Notes: generated by a model not told the origin, from the sequence alone. A DNA stretch of 64,000 nucleotides from Anolis carolinensis (GCF_035594765.1 NC_085845.1:167354897-167418896), one strand, 5' to 3'. Shown: positions 49,895 through 63,813, counted from the stretch's first letter. Numbers and translations: made by a program.

Positions 49895-50863
49895 TAAAGA
49901 AATACTCCTACTCAACAGTGACTATGTGCCATGACACATGGCTATCATTCATAATGCAACTGACACAAGTTTCATTTTCTTGTTAAAGTGGTTAGTTGCC
50001 TTCTGCAAATAGTGATACAAAGTTGGGTACTAAGTAATTTGTTAAAGACAAATCACATTGTTAGCAGTAAGTTAGAAGTAACCGGTTTCTGCAGATGTGT
50101 GAAATGGGCCAACGTGCTTAGTCCAGTTTAGTTGTTGTACAAGAAAAGCCATGACAGCAAACTTTTTAAAAATCTATCATTATTGGAGTAAAAAATCATT
50201 ACAAATGTTAAACAGAGCAATCTTATATACCCAATTATGTTATGGTGCATAGATATGCCACATTTTTATGTGCTCAATAAGGGAGTGTACAGGAAACACA
50301 CATTAACTAGAAAATATAAAACACTGAAAGTTTTCTTTTCACAGTGGGCCAAATACTGCGTAGCAGAATAAATTTATTTATTTTGTCCCACAGTATATAA
50401 GTGATTCAAGAATTAAAATGAGAATACAAAAGCACCATTACTTAAAGCTCTACTTTTTCACAGAGCATTAATTGATGTTCCCTGTTTATTGTCAGTGTGC
50501 AAAGTGAATAATACAAACTAACACCTTCTATTTTCACAATCTATGTCTAGGTCTTTCTAGCACACACACAAACTGGAATAAAACCTGATATCAATCAGTA
50601 AATAATTAACTTCAAAATGTACAGTATGGACATTTCTATTTTCATTATTATCTTCCTGAGAACTTGTTGTGTGTTAATATAATTAATAATCTAAGACACC
50701 AGATCCATAATATTCTGCTACAGAGTACAGGTTTGTAATAAGGATAGATAAAAACACTTATAGCAAATTAGATATCAAGATGTAGGTTATTCAGTGTGAT
50801 CTTAAGATTTGCATGTCATGAAACAAAATAGTTGAAATCGCATAATCTGAAAGTTTATATACT

Positions 50864-51457
50864 ACTAGCTGTGCCCGGCCACGCGTTGCTGTGGCAAGTA
50901 TGGTGGTATGGGAAATAAAGTATTGAGGAATTGTATATTGTATATTGATAATCTTATATTATCTGTTTAGAACTGGATTATATGAGGCCCCTTCTTCACA
51001 GCTGTATAAAATGCACACTGAAGTGGATTATCTGGCAGTGTGGAGTCAAGATAATCCAGTGCAAAGCAGATAATATAAGATTATAAATGGGTTATATAGC
51101 TGAGTGGAAGGGCCTAGAGTCTACACTGCCATCTAATCCAGTTCAAATCTGATAATCTGTGGAAGAAGCCTGAGGCCTAAATCTGCCTGTCCCCTAACTG
51201 AACCCTGGCTGTCCCTTGGCTGAGTTGGTTGCTAGGAGACCAAGTGGGCAGAGATTAGCCCTCTAAACTGGCAGCAATTGGATAAAAACAATTATTGCTC
51301 TCCCTCTAATTAGGACTTTATTTTTCTTTTCTTTTTGTTGTATCAACCTAGAGGCATGGATGATGGGTTGTGTTGTCTAATTTCAAGGTTGGGGGGCCCT
51401 GCAGTTTTGTTGTTTTGTGGGTCGCCGTGATGCCATCACTCATTTATATATATAGAT
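50864..51457. mobile_element. Helitron/Helentron-like non-autonomous element carrying MITE fragments
   Basis: ACTAGCTGTGCCCGGCCACGCGTTGCTGTGGC hairpin terminus and ...TTTATATATATAGAT end, no TSD. Confidence 0.6.
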
Positions 51458-52385
51458 ACAAGTAAATACAAGCTTCTCCTTTACAGCTATAAATATAAAA
51501 TAAATAAAATGTTCTTACCTGTGTTTTCTTCATCTGTGCATGTTCCTTTCCAAATCAGCCTAGGACCAAATATTAGACATTTCAGCAATGTATGACTACT
51601 GTATTTAAATTCTATAAATAAGGCTTTAAAATATAGAAGTAAATGCATTCACTATGTGGCTTCTTTGTTATTGCAAGCATATAGAGATTTTTATTTTTTT
51701 TTGTTATCAGTGGTAACCCCAGTTCACAAATTGTAGAATGCAGGTAAGTTCTGATGTGTATTTCAATCTCATATACAAGCTTGAGCTTTTTCAAAGATGT
51801 GTAAGGAGCATCCAACATATATTTCCTATTATACAATAATATTTCACACGTGTAATTGAAGGTTTGGGGACTGTCGATGCACTATTTAAAATTTCAGGCT
51901 GTGAAGCTGATTTTAGATGTAGATGTTCTAATTCCTGTTGCTGTCCTTTTCCTCTCTTGACAATCTTTGTCTTACCTTTTCATTTTCTTCCCTTTGCTTC
52001 TTTTCTCTTCTTAATTACCTTCTCTACAAAACAACTACTCACAAATATATTTTATATATCAACTGATTTAACAATATAGGTCACAAGGACAGAGTACATA
52101 GGAAAACATCAATCAAACATCCTTCTGTATTGGTTTAAACTGTAATGAAGCATAGCTCCCTAGCAAAGATGAATAGACAAAAAAAAATCCCACTCAAACC
52201 TGCAACTCTGCTTATTATGTTTCCTTGGAAAGAGAGGATGGAAAAGGGGAAAACACATTAAGGAGATAGGAGATAGGGCATCTTGGTATAATGGTTTCAA
52301 TGTTTGTACAGATGGTGACTTCATAGAGGCCTGTGAGGTGGTTGGGTTAGCTAGCATGATTCAAAAACATTGCAATGACCTCATA

Positions 52386-52612
52386 GGAGCCCCCAGTTGT
52401 GCAATGGGTTAAACCCTTGTGCCGGCAGACTGCTGACTTTAAGGCTGGGCTGCTGACCTGAAGATTGCCGGTTTGAATCCAACCCGGGGAGAGCACAGAT
52501 GAGCTCCCTCTGTTAGCACCAGTTCCCATTGCAGGGACATGAGAGAAGCATCCCACAAGAATGCTAAAATATCAAAACATCTGGGCATCCCCTGGGCAAC
52601 ATCCTTGCTGAT
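52386..52612 (+). mobile_element. Anolis-type tRNA SINE (3' truncated)
   Basis: Family similarity. Confidence 0.8.
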
Positions 52613-53994
52613 GGAGCTGGGTCAAATGGCATATTAAAATTAAGCAAATCAGTTGTATAACTCTTTGCCTTGTTTTTTGGATTGTACATATTAAACACCA
52701 ATAGCTTCTACTTGTCACTTAGAAAAGTTGAGATATTTGCTGTAGTAGCAAACCATTTTTTTTCAGGATGGAAATATTCAAGTTTAAATTTTGTACAATT
52801 ATCTGATGGTGTTATTGAGACATCCACTCCCTCCCAAAATAACACATTGTTTTGATTGAATTTTTTTTTATTAAATTAATACAACTTCCGCAAATGCGAA
52901 AGACATATGGTTCAGTCTTTCGCAAAGGTCCATCTCCGCAACCACCCAGGGCCTGGAAATCCCTGAAAGGATTAAATCAATCATCTACCAAGCCCAAAGC
53001 TCTGGGGAAATGGAAGGGAAATGTTCCTAAAACATTCAGCTAATCCCAAATCCCCTCACCTGGAGTTTGCCCTAAGAGTTTCCCCTTATGATTACATTCA
53101 TGGTTATGATTTAATTATGAAACATGAACAAGGGGGGGGGGGGGACTCTTATATATATGTGTTACATTCATTGGAACTGGAATGCGCTGGTGTGGCCAGA
53201 AGCAGATATGACCCAGCGTGCCCAGAATAACTTTTAACTTTATTTTAGTGCTTGTGGAACTGTTAGGACTTGTGGTGCTTGTGAAATTGGTTTGAGGTCG
53301 TGCTGAGAGAAAATCTCCTCAGGTAGGCAAAGCAAACAGGAAAAGACCCAATTTAAAGATACAACAGGGGTCAGGCTCCAGAGGATATCCAGGTGTTTCA
53401 GAAATATCAGATATGAACGGTGTCTCAATAGAATTGAGACACAGTTCATTGTTCTGTGTGGTTTCCACTGAGTTGTCTATATTTGCAAAACTCTCTTCAT
53501 AGTCTCAGAGCCTGGCTCCTTTTATATATACTCATATCATCCCATCATGGCCTCTTTACATGACCTTAAACCATATGATGAAGCCCAGCCTGGGAGAACC
53601 CTCCAAATGACTCCAGCTTCAAATGGACAAATGACAGTGCTTCATTTTTCCCACCACGAGGAAAACTCAGTCTACCTCCGACATCACAGGAAATCTCCTG
53701 CCAACGAAAGCTTGGATCCGAACTTGATGACCATTTTTAAGCCAATCGGGATGGAGCAGGTCTTTTGAATGGCTGTCAAAGGAGGATAAAATGTCTTGCA
53801 CTGAGTTGCAAGGGTATGTCCAATCATTTCAGAGCGCAGACTCTGTATCAGACATCCTTTCATGTCTGAAATAAATAAACTTCAGTTCCCGTAGCTTTCA
53901 AACCTGGTTTGCATGTTAATCCAGTTTTAAAGTAGCAAGGCCCTCCGGGTGATGGATCTACACCGCTCCTTAAGTTGTTATCTGAATTTCGAAT

Positions 53995-54226
53995 GGTTAA
54001 CTAATTAATGCTAATCAAGGTGATTAATTGCAAGTTACACATGCCTCCAAAGAGACAAGAGTTCTTTCTCTCATCCTGGATCTTCCATAGATATATAAAC
54101 CTCCCTTGCTTAGTTTCCAATATACTCACAACCTCTGAGGATGCCTGCCATAGATATGGGTGAAACGTCAGGAGAAAATGCTTATGGAATATGGCCATAC
54201 AGCCCGGAAAACTCACAGAAACCCAA
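53995..54226 (+). mobile_element. Penelope-like pLTR fragment
   Basis: Reverse complement of the 26648-26880 segment. Confidence 0.8.
54132..54172 (+). ncRNA. Minimal type I hammerhead ribozyme motif (Penelope-associated)
   Basis: CCT-CTGAGGA-stem II-GAAAC-GTC-AGG. Confidence 0.55.
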
Positions 54227-55324
54227 TGAGAGGAGGAGTTGGTAAGAGTAAGAGATGCTGGAATGTGGGGAGAGCTAGGTTTCCATAGCAACAGGTCACT
54301 CTGAATTGCAAGGCTTCGGCCTGCAGAAGCAGCCAAAAAGATAAGACAGCTGCAAACTCTGAATAAACAATAGGGCTCAGTCTGAAGAATCTTGGACATG
54401 TTCATTGCGGCAACTGAGAGGAGCAGGAACAGGAGGTGGAACTGGGAGGAGTTGAGAGGTAGGCCTAGAAGAAAATAATGTTAGTGTGTCTTTGTGTAAT
54501 CATCTGTGACCTATAATTACTGCACCATTTTGTTTGTTTTTTGTGTAGTACGTACCTGGCAATTCCAGAGGGAACCCGTTAGTTTTCTGCTGCAGTAATA
54601 AAACTTCTTTAATTTTTAATCTTTTTTTCTGGTCTCAACAGGGAAACAAGGCCAGGAATATTTAAAGGCAAGCCTGCCTTAACAATAGAATTTTGGGATT
54701 AGCAGTTTAGGGTATGGGCCAATGCCTCACTGAACTACAAGCCCCAGAATTCCACAGCATATTGCCATGGCAACTAGAGTGGAACATAGAGCTATATCAT
54801 TGTAGATTGATATACAGACCTCTTTGGAGCACCTCCTTGGAGAGATACCAAGTGTAATCTGATGAAGTCCCAAGAAAGAAAGCAACAAATTGTAGCCAAT
54901 GAATGTTAATATGGTGCTCATCCCCATCACAGTGGAGGGAATATCAGTCCCACAAATGAGATATTTCAAGAAGAACTGAATGGCTAATAGAAATGAATGA
55001 CCCAGTCAAGTCAAAAGCAAAGCTTTTATTAACAAGATTTTTTTTAAAAAATCAGTACTAGTAATTAACCTTAATTTGGTTAACAAAAAGTTTGCAGAAC
55101 TACATACAAGCCCCCAAGAGCTCTAAATCTCTTCACCAGGTAAAGTGTGTTTTTAATAATGAGAGGGTTAATTCTGTTTCCACTTTTGTAAAATAGTTGT
55201 TTCGGTAGTAGTTTAAAAATATATATTATTATTAATACATTAATTGTGATATTAATTACATTAAATATTATTGTAAACCACCTTGAATCCAACTTTGGGA
55301 GAAGGGTGGACAATAATAAATAAA

Positions 55325-55651
55325 TAGCAGTGACACAGTGGGTTAAACCACTGAGCTGCTGAACTTGCTGACCAAAAGGTCGGCAGTTCAAATCCGGGGA
55401 GCGGAGTAAGCTCCCACTGTCAGCTCCAGCTCCTGCAAACCTAGCCGTTTGAAAACATGCAAATGTGAGTAGATCAATAGGTACCGCTCTGGTGGGAAGG
55501 TAACAGTGCTCCATGTAATCATGCTGGCCACATGATCTTGGATGTGTCTATGGACAATCTCGGCTCTTTAGCTTAGAAATGGAGATGAGCACCAACGTCC
55601 AGTGTTGGATATGACTGGACTTAATGTCAGGGGAAAACCCTTACTTAACCT
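55325..55651 (+). mobile_element. Sauria SINE
   Basis: Similar to 25793-26123. Confidence 0.85.
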
Positions 55652-55985
55652 AGTATACGGTAGTAGGGAAATAAAAGAAATAATGCTTACCATGTGAAAT
55701 GCAAGTGAACCTACACTGTACCCTTAATGCAGTTTGATCCCACTTTAGCTGCCATGGCTCAACGCTATGGGATCCTGGGATTTGTAGTTTGGTGAGGCAC
55801 TTTAAGGCAGAGAATGATCCCACAGCATTGACACATAGCAGTTAAAGTGGTCCCAAACTGCATTTCTTCTGCAATGTAGATACACCCAAACTCTTTAAAA
55901 CCGCATTTGTAAATGTAAATGTAAATCTACTTTTTTATTTGCGGTTTTGTCACATGGGATTTCCTGCTTGGAAAGCGACAACTTT

Positions 55986-56527
55986 TGGATTGCTGTGTGT
56001 TTTATGGGCTGTATGGCCATGTTCCAGAAGCATTCTCTCCTGACGTTTTGCCCACATCTATGCCAGGCATGCTCAGAAATTGTGAGGTTTGTTGGAAACT
56101 AGGCAAGTGGGGTTTATATATCTGTGGGAAAATCTGGCTATCAGTATTTAAATATTTTAAAATTAGGACGGTCAATAAAAAAGAACACTCTGAAAACAGG
56201 GGGATTCCAGACATGAAACAATCAGGGCTAGCTAATCACTTTCCAACAAAGGCAGCAGCCAGGCTTTGAAACTGCAAGGCTATTCAATGCTAATCAAGCT
56301 GGCCAATTGCAACATTCACACTTGCCTCCAGTAGACAAGAGCTCTTTCTCCCAGCCTGGACATTATTCCACAGATATATAAACCCAACTTTCCTAGGTTT
56401 CCAACAGACCTCACGACCTCTCCCATAGATGTGGGCGAAACGTCAAGAGAGAATGCTTCTGGAACATGGCCATGCAGACTGGAAAATAAATAGCAACCCA
56501 TTGATTCCGGACATGAAAGCCTTCGAT
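55986..56527. mobile_element. Penelope-like remnant, inverted arrangement, abutting the WBP11 promoter
   Basis: Two opposed pLTR copies. Confidence 0.8.
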
Positions 56528-56573
56528 AACAACTTTGTCATAATTTGTCATAATTTTTATGGCCAAAACTAAC

Positions 56574-56924
56574 CCGGAAGTTAGGCGCTGAATTTTGAAT
56601 CTTTTAGAAAGTCTATGTGTCCAAAGGACGCCCTTTTCGCCGGAAGTGGGACGCTCTGTCCTTCTTCCTCTCGCTCTCTATTGTCGTTGCTGTGGGGTTG
56701 CGCGGCTTTCCGAGATGGCGGCCAGTGCTGGAGGTTTAGTGGAGCGGGGCTTGTAGGGCCCGTTTTCCTCGGTGGCTTGCAGCGACGGGGCTGGGAGCCA
56801 CGATTCTTTTACCTTCTGGCGAGGATTTAGCTGGTGTCCGGCTTCGCTTAATGTGCCCGGCCTTGCCCTGCCGAAAAAAAAGGGGAGCGGAAGCTTGTTT
56901 CCTGGGTTTCTTGTTGTAGTCAAG
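56574..56924 (+). promoter_or_regulatory. CpG-rich TATA-less promoter and probable non-coding exon 1 of WBP11
   Basis: Only CpG-dense non-repeat stretch. ETS/GABP sites CCGGAAGT at 56574-56581 and 56640-56647, YY1-type AGATGGCGGC at 56713-56722, candidate donor AAG|GTAGGA at 56925. Confidence 0.75.
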
Positions 56925-57023
56925 GTAGGACCCCGTGCTTCCGTTTTCCAGGCCATTGAAAACGCTTCCATTTACAAGAATGTGCTTAACTCAGCGATAT
57001 AATGACTTTGGGTGCCTCTATAG

Positions 57024-57201
57024 CAGGCATGGACAAACTTGGGCCCTCCGGGTGTTTTGAACTTCCAACTCCCATCATTCCTAACAGCCTCAGGCCCTTT
57101 TCTTTCGCGGCTGGGGGGGGGGGGGGAAGGGCCTGAGGCTGATAGGAATGGTGGGAGTTGAAGTCCAAAACACCCGGAGGGCCCGAGTTTGCCCGTGCCT
57201 G
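57024..57201. mobile_element. Palindromic hAT MITE with G-run centre
   Basis: CAGGCATGGACAAACT...AGTTTGCCCGTGCCTG. Confidence 0.8.
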
Positions 57202-57359
57202 GTCTACACTGTAAAATTAATGCACTTTGACCCCACTTCAACTGCCATGGTGCAGCGCAATGGAATCCTGGGAGTTGTAGTTTTACAAGGTCTGTCACTT
57301 GCTCTCCCAAAGAGTGTCGAAGCCTCAGTAAAACTACAAACTCCATTATTCCAAAGCGT

Positions 57360-58110
57360 TTGGCCATAATAAATAATAATATAATACTGTATTCATATCC
57401 CACACCTATCTCCCCGAAGGGGTCAGGGTGGTTTCCAACAAAAGTATGGCAAACATTAAATGCTGTAATCAACCAACAAAAGAAAAGAAAAAGAAAAACA
57501 ACCCAATAAAATCCCCAAAACCCAACACAAATTTAGCCAAATCTGAAAATCCGTATAAAATTATTCAATTTTTATGCAGCCAACAAACCCAGGGTGAAAC
57601 ATCATTTCTGGTCGGTGGTAATTATACATAATATTTTAAGTCTCCTCTATATGCTAAAGTTCATAAATGTGTTTTTAGCTGTTTATTTAAAGATAGTTAG
57701 GAGGGGGCCATTTTTATTTCTTTAGGGAGATAATTGCAGAGTCGGGGGCCGATTACAGAGAAGGCCCCCTCCCTTGTTTCCAGCAACCACGCTTGAGATC
57801 GGCATGGGGCTGAGAGCAGGGCCTTCTTCATTGACCGTAGTACCCGAGCAGGTTTGTATATGGAGATGCGGTTTGCTGAATAGTCTGGACCCGAACCATT
57901 TAGGGCTTTAAAAGTAATAACCAGCACTTTGTATTTAGTCCAGAAGCTAGTGGAGCTGCCACAACATGGGGGTGTTTTTTCTCCCTGTACGGCGTTCCAA
58001 TTAGTAATCTGGCTGCTGATCTCTGAACTAGTTGAAGCTTCTGAACTATCTTCAAAGGCAGCCCCACATAGAGAACGTTGCAGTAGTCCAGACAGGGTGT
58101 GACAAAGGCG
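57360..58110 (-). mobile_element. L2 LINE 3' fragment
   Basis: Minus ORFs VHAFVTPCLDYCNVLYVGLP...LQLVQRSAARLL and TFKALNGSGP.Y...AFSVIGPRL, typical of the L2 ORF2 C-terminus. Confidence 0.85.
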
Positions 58111-59245
58111 TGGACTTCCATGGCAGTTAAAGTAGTGTTAAAGTGCATTAATTCTACAGTTTAGAGGCACCTTTGATGAGGTACCAGCAGTTTTTTGTGG
58201 AAAAGACACAATAATCAAACCACAACTCTCATGACTCCATAGTATTGAGCTATGGCACCTTAAGTGGCATCAGAATGCATTAATTCCTCAATATAGATGC
58301 ACGCTGAGTCAAGGTAACCTAGTGAAGTTCCATTGTGGTGGTCTTTAGTTCTTCATTGACAGTCATGTACACATTTCCATTTCCAGCTTTTAAATCCTTT
58401 TCAGGTTGACTTTGATTTCATCTCAATGGGTAGAAACAGACTGGAGATTGTGGTTGAATCATGAAGTAAGAATAGTCTGCCCTTTGTATTAATTGATTCA
58501 ATCAACCATGGCTTGGGTGTGTTTTTAAAAAAAAAATCTAAAAAGCAAGCCTTGATTTTGACATTTTTTAAAATAAGGGACATCTGGATAATCAACTATA
58601 GAGGAAACATGGAAAATTATTACTATATATGATTACTGCAGCAAGTATCAAATATGCCCAGTGATATTTTCAGAGAGTAGAAAAGAAGTAAAAATCAACA
58701 TGCAATATGTGTGAGACTTGTAGATTAGTCCGTGTTATATGTTTAGTATGTTTAGATTTGTGTAGGTTAAGATGATTGTTTTAGATATAGTTCAGTAAAT
58801 TGTAGTCTTGTGTTATATGTCAAGAAGCAACTGTCTTTATGGGGGTATTGCTCTTTTTTCTGTAAGACTTTTCTGTATCAATTTTTTGTTTGTATTTCTG
58901 TACTTCTGAATAAAACTAATGTTAAAAAGATCAATTCTTATTTGCTAAAACCAAACTAATTTTATTATTAGCAGGATAATAAGAAAGAACATTGCATTCA
59001 ATAAATAAGTTTTCAGTCATTTGTGATAATCATGGCTTATTATGCCTGCTTCCCTTGTGTGGCTTTTGAGCAAACTATGGCGAGATAGTGCTTTAAAGTG
59101 GTCCTCATGTAGAAGAGATGGCTACTACTGTGGTGTGAGATGAGAGTAGAGCTAGAAGGATTTTGTTAATATTGACAGCATTCTGAAATATGTCTTCTTT
59201 AGTCTAGGTCAGTCATTGGAACTGTGAAAGAAACACTTGATCAAA

Positions 59246-62200
59246 ATGGGGCGAAGATCTACCTCTTCCACCAAGAGTGGGAAGTTCATGAATCCCACAG
59301 ACCAAGCTCGTAAGTATCTGAAAAGCCACTCCTTCCTTTTTAAGGCAGATAATGATTTAAAGGTGCCACACATTAAAAAACAGTGTATTGTTTTAAAACT
59401 TCAATATGTTTTAGGCTAGGCTGCATCTTTAATATGCCATGTTTTTAATATTAACCAATATCAGAAGAATGAAATCAGTATGAAATATTAGCGATATGAT
59501 GGTGGCAAGAATGATTTTTAAGGAGGGCTTTTGTTCAAATTTTGGCAAACACTTTTCTTGTCGATCACTTTCCTGAATTCAGCAAGAAATCAAGGCGTCT
59601 TCTGATGACTTCTATGTTCATCACACTGACCTTAAATTTTTTGTGGTGGGGATGTCTGGGGTGTTTTGAGGGGGGTACTGCTACTATTTTCAGTATATTT
59701 CAACTATTCGGGGAGCTTTTTCATTCAATTTTTTTAATGTTGTGCTGGAGGTGTTATAAAAGTTAGAGTTGTGTGCATCCTGTCCCAAGTCGTACCTCAA
59801 GAACACATGCTGTACAAGCACAACTTGGAGGAAAAAAATCAGAAGTCGGTTAATGCATAGTTCTCCTTTGCTAACATTTAGTTCAATTAAGGCTACCGGT
59901 AACTTGTTTAACTCTTCTTGAAACTTATTAGTATTCTTATCTGAATTGGAATGCTGCGTCTCATGCAGACGTTCATGGTAGCACTGTTTTTTTCCTTCCA
60001 TTTCTGAATTGTAGTTAGGGGTGCTGATATGCCAGATATTTAGCATCATCTCAAAATAAAAACACCATCACATTCATAATTGATCATGTTTAATATAGTC
60101 TAATATTGAAACCTAATATTTTATAACTTTAAGACCGTTTGAAAATATATGAACTATTTGCTCTATCATGCCCATGTTTTCTGCATATCTTAACTCCTGA
60201 ATTCTGTTTATGGGGCGTTCTGTAACTGCATGTGTTGCGGTAGCTTTTGCGAGGCTACATTAGGGCATGGTCGTGTTTTGAGGAGTAGAGCAACCAGAAA
60301 ATATTGTTTCACAACTCTACTCTTCCTTCCATATATGCCAGCCATCTATCCATCTTTTAGTTTAAGCAAGTGGGTGGGCAGTCAAAATAGCATGGAATGA
60401 TGTAATAAAAGATGGTTTAATGTTGAGGCAAAATATTGTCATCTTCCATTAGCTGAAAATTGGACAAATCTATAATCATCTTGCAGTATCAGTTTCACTT
60501 TGTAGCCAAATGTCCTTAAAGCTTGTGCATGGCATATCTTGTTCTATATAAGCAAGGCTTTTTTCAAGAGGAAAATTAACTGTCAGGAATATTTGAAATT
60601 GCGCATGAGTGAGTTTTCCATTGAAAGTGAATAACTGGTTCATAGTGTTGATAAAGTGAACCCTCCCTTCCACTGGCCAATGGACTAGTTGCAAAGAGAG
60701 AAGAAAGAGGAGACGACTAGATTTTATCTCCCGCTTTTCCTTTTGTGTGAATATGAAATGGATCAGTTTTTTTCAGGTTGTTTGTATCTTTGCAGGCAAG
60801 GAGGCTCGAAAGAGAGAGCTGAAGAAGGTGAGAGATCATTCCTTTAATAATACAAAAAAAGTTCAGGCTGGCCATTATTTAATGCTTGCATGTGTTAGCT
60901 AATCAGCCCTTTCTTCTTTAAAACTCATGTTTTTGTCCATCCATTTCACTCTGTTTCAAAAGTGTTTTCTTAGTGTTGTGGAACCATTAACATTCTGTAG
61001 TTATATGTATTCCAGCTTATCTTTAAACCCAGATATCTATGCACTGTTTGGCCAAAGGAGCAGAGAACTATATAACTATAATGTAGAACCTACAAAACCA
61101 CAGAGATTATGTAAAGTATACAGATATATGTATTACAGATATGCGTGTGTGTGTAAAATGAAGGTCACATCAAGAATCAAAATTAGGAAATTGTTTTTAT
61201 TACCCTTATTAAATTGGTTGTTAAAATGCATGATTTTCATTTTAAAAATTATTATTTTCTGGTGACTTCAGAACAAGAAGCAACGCATGATGGTGCGAGC
61301 AGCAGTGCTAAAGATGAAGGATCCCAAGCAAATAATTCGGGACATGGAAAAACTTGATGAAATGGGTCAGTGTGACTATTATCCCTTTTGCAGTTTGACT
61401 CAAGAAACAAGATCGGGAAAATGAATTTATAAGGCTGAGGGATTCGGAGAACAGATTTAAAACATGGCATCAGATAATATGTAGATAATTATGTTAAAGA
61501 ACTTTTTTGTCTGTTTGTAAAAAGACTGATATATTACTCTTCAAAGATTCTAGTGTTTGAATGAATAATTTATTACAATCAAAAGAACAGACAAGATTCT
61601 GGTGTTTAAAAAAGAGACCTATAGTTTCATAAAATTCATTTCCAGCTGATTAGATAGCCAGTAGAGTAGCAAGTAGCATATACAAATATGTGAGGGGAAG
61701 TCATAGGGAGGAGGGAGCAAGCTTGTTTTCTGCTTCCCTGGAGACTAGGATGCGGAACAATGGCTTCAAACTACAGGAAAGGAGATTCCACCTGAACATC
61801 AGGAAGAACCTCCTGACTGTGAGAGCTGTTCGGCAGTGGAACTCTCTGCCCCAGACTGTGATGGAGGCTCCTTCTTTGGAGGCTTTTAAGCAGAGGCTGG
61901 ATGGCCATCTGTCAGGGGTGCTTTGAATGAGAATTTCCTGCTTCTTGCAGCTGGTTGGACTGGATGGCCCGTGAGGTCTCCTCCAACTCTACGATTCTAT
62001 GATTCTAATTAAAACAATTTAAAAGAGTTTCAAAAATGTAGTTAAATGTAGATTCTTCACCTTAGTCTTAGCCTGGGATCACAGTAAGTGTTAGCTGAGT
62101 TTTCCTGGGAAATTGGATGTCACAACAGAACTGGCCTCTTGCTATACATTTTTTAACCTCAGATGATAGGGAACACTTGAATACCTGAACCACCAGAAAC

Positions 62201-62838
62201 GACTCATGAGCTGACTGGTGTGAGAACTGCTTGCATATCAAGCCATGTAGGACTTTGAAAACCACCAGGAAATTGTGTTCAAAAATGGTGTGGGGAACCA
62301 AACTCTTTGAACATTGGCCCAATGTTTTCTCAATAACTGGTCCCAGTTAGTACCTTCACAGCATATTTTAATAATTTGAGTTTGTAGCCTCTTTTCTGAG
62401 GGCTGTCTAACAACTGGAGGGAGTTACCTGCAAATTCTTGTAGGAAGGAGTCTGGCACTAGCAACTTGGTTTCTGTATTTCTTTTTTCCAGTCAGAATCT
62501 TGAATTCTTCACATGTTTGTCCTTTTCATGTTAACTTGGTGTGATGGGAAGAAGAGAATGACAAAATATTCAGGTTCCACTTCTAAAACTCTCTTCCTCT
62601 TCTCTATGGCTGTCCCAATCCTGCTAATGATACTGGACCAGAGTTTAACCCAGTACAGCAACCACAGTTGAATGAGAAGGTGTTGAAAGACAAACGCAAA
62701 AAGCTGCGTGAAACATTTGAGCGTATCCTGCGGCTCTATGAGAAGGAGAATCCAGACATCTATAAGGAGCTACGCAAGCTAGAAGTGGAGTATGAGCAAA
62801 AGAGGTCTCAGCTTAGCCAGTACTTTGATGCTGTGAAG
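59246..62838 (+). CDS. WBP11: WW domain-binding protein 11, 5' part; join(59246..59309,60796..60827,61272..61365,62642..62838), continues beyond window
   Basis: Spliced exons give MGRRSTSSTKSGKFMNPTDQARKEARKRELKKNKKQRMMVRAAVLKMKDPKQIIRDMEKLDEMEFNPVQQPQLNEKVLKDKRKKLRETFERILRLYEKENPDIYKELRKLEVEYEQKRSQLSQYFDAVK, the conserved WBP11 N-terminus. All junctions GT-AG and in phase. Confidence 0.97.
61680..62007 (+). mobile_element. CR1 3' fragment in a WBP11 intron
   Basis: Closely similar to 44070-44414, ends in ATTCTATGATTCTA. Confidence 0.92.
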
Positions 62839-63813
62839 GTATGTGCCCCTACCAGTTTTGAACAACATTGGTGTAATGTTGATTTTTTTTACTTCCTGTT
62901 TCTATATCATGCTCTCAAGAGACAAAAATAGACTTCATTAAAAATATCTGGTTTACTCACAACCTTCATGTATTCAGCATACAGATACAATACAATCCAG
63001 TCACAGATGGATTTGAAGTGGTTTCTCTGTGCAGATAATACAGGGCATCATTCTTATAATTAACAGCAACATGAGTTTGCGGTCCAAAGTCTAATAGCAT
63101 CTCTGTGTTCTAAAATGGAGTCTGAACTCTGAACAGTCCCAGATCTGATCATGTGGTCTGCATCCCCTCCCACAACCTCAAGAAACATAGAGTAAAAGGA
63201 AAGCTGCATACCAAAAACATACATATACAATACAGTAAGCAAACAGAATCGTATACAAAACAAATTACTAGTGGAGGCTTGAAGAAGGTTGCTATTTCCA
63301 ATAGGGAGGGTCCTTGAGGCTGGATAGCAAACATTTGTTTACTACATATGATAATTGTTATGATTTTGCTGAAGCACTGAAGGTGGTTGTATTTTATCAT
63401 TGTGGCTATTGGTATAAAACTGATACTGAAAAGAATTTGGAAGCTACAAATAGTTAAGATACTAAGCATTTTATGCTGCTGTATAATGAAGTTCTGTAAC
63501 GATAAGTCAAGTAGGAAAAGGTTCTGTCAGGAGAGGATTCTGGTTGTGGTCTCTTCCATTGGATCTAGTAGAGGCTAACTTGCTGGTCTTACCTTCTCTT
63601 TCTGATGTATCCAGCTATAGTAGCACTAAAATGTCTACTATCTGATCAAACCAGTCGGGATTACTGTTCCTGCCTTTTAGTCTTGTTGAAACCATCCTGT
63701 GACTGTCTTAAAACAGGTTTCTGTCAAAGTAGACATTCTGCGTTAGCTTTTGAGTTGCTACATTTTCTTTTAGGCTTGCATACATCTTGTAAGAAAGTTC
63801 TGTTTTAGTACTT

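Noticed and set aside
56972-57472. 166-aa minus-strand ORF near the WBP11 promoter
   Set aside because: Composed entirely of L2 tail, Harbinger-type and hAT MITE sequence.
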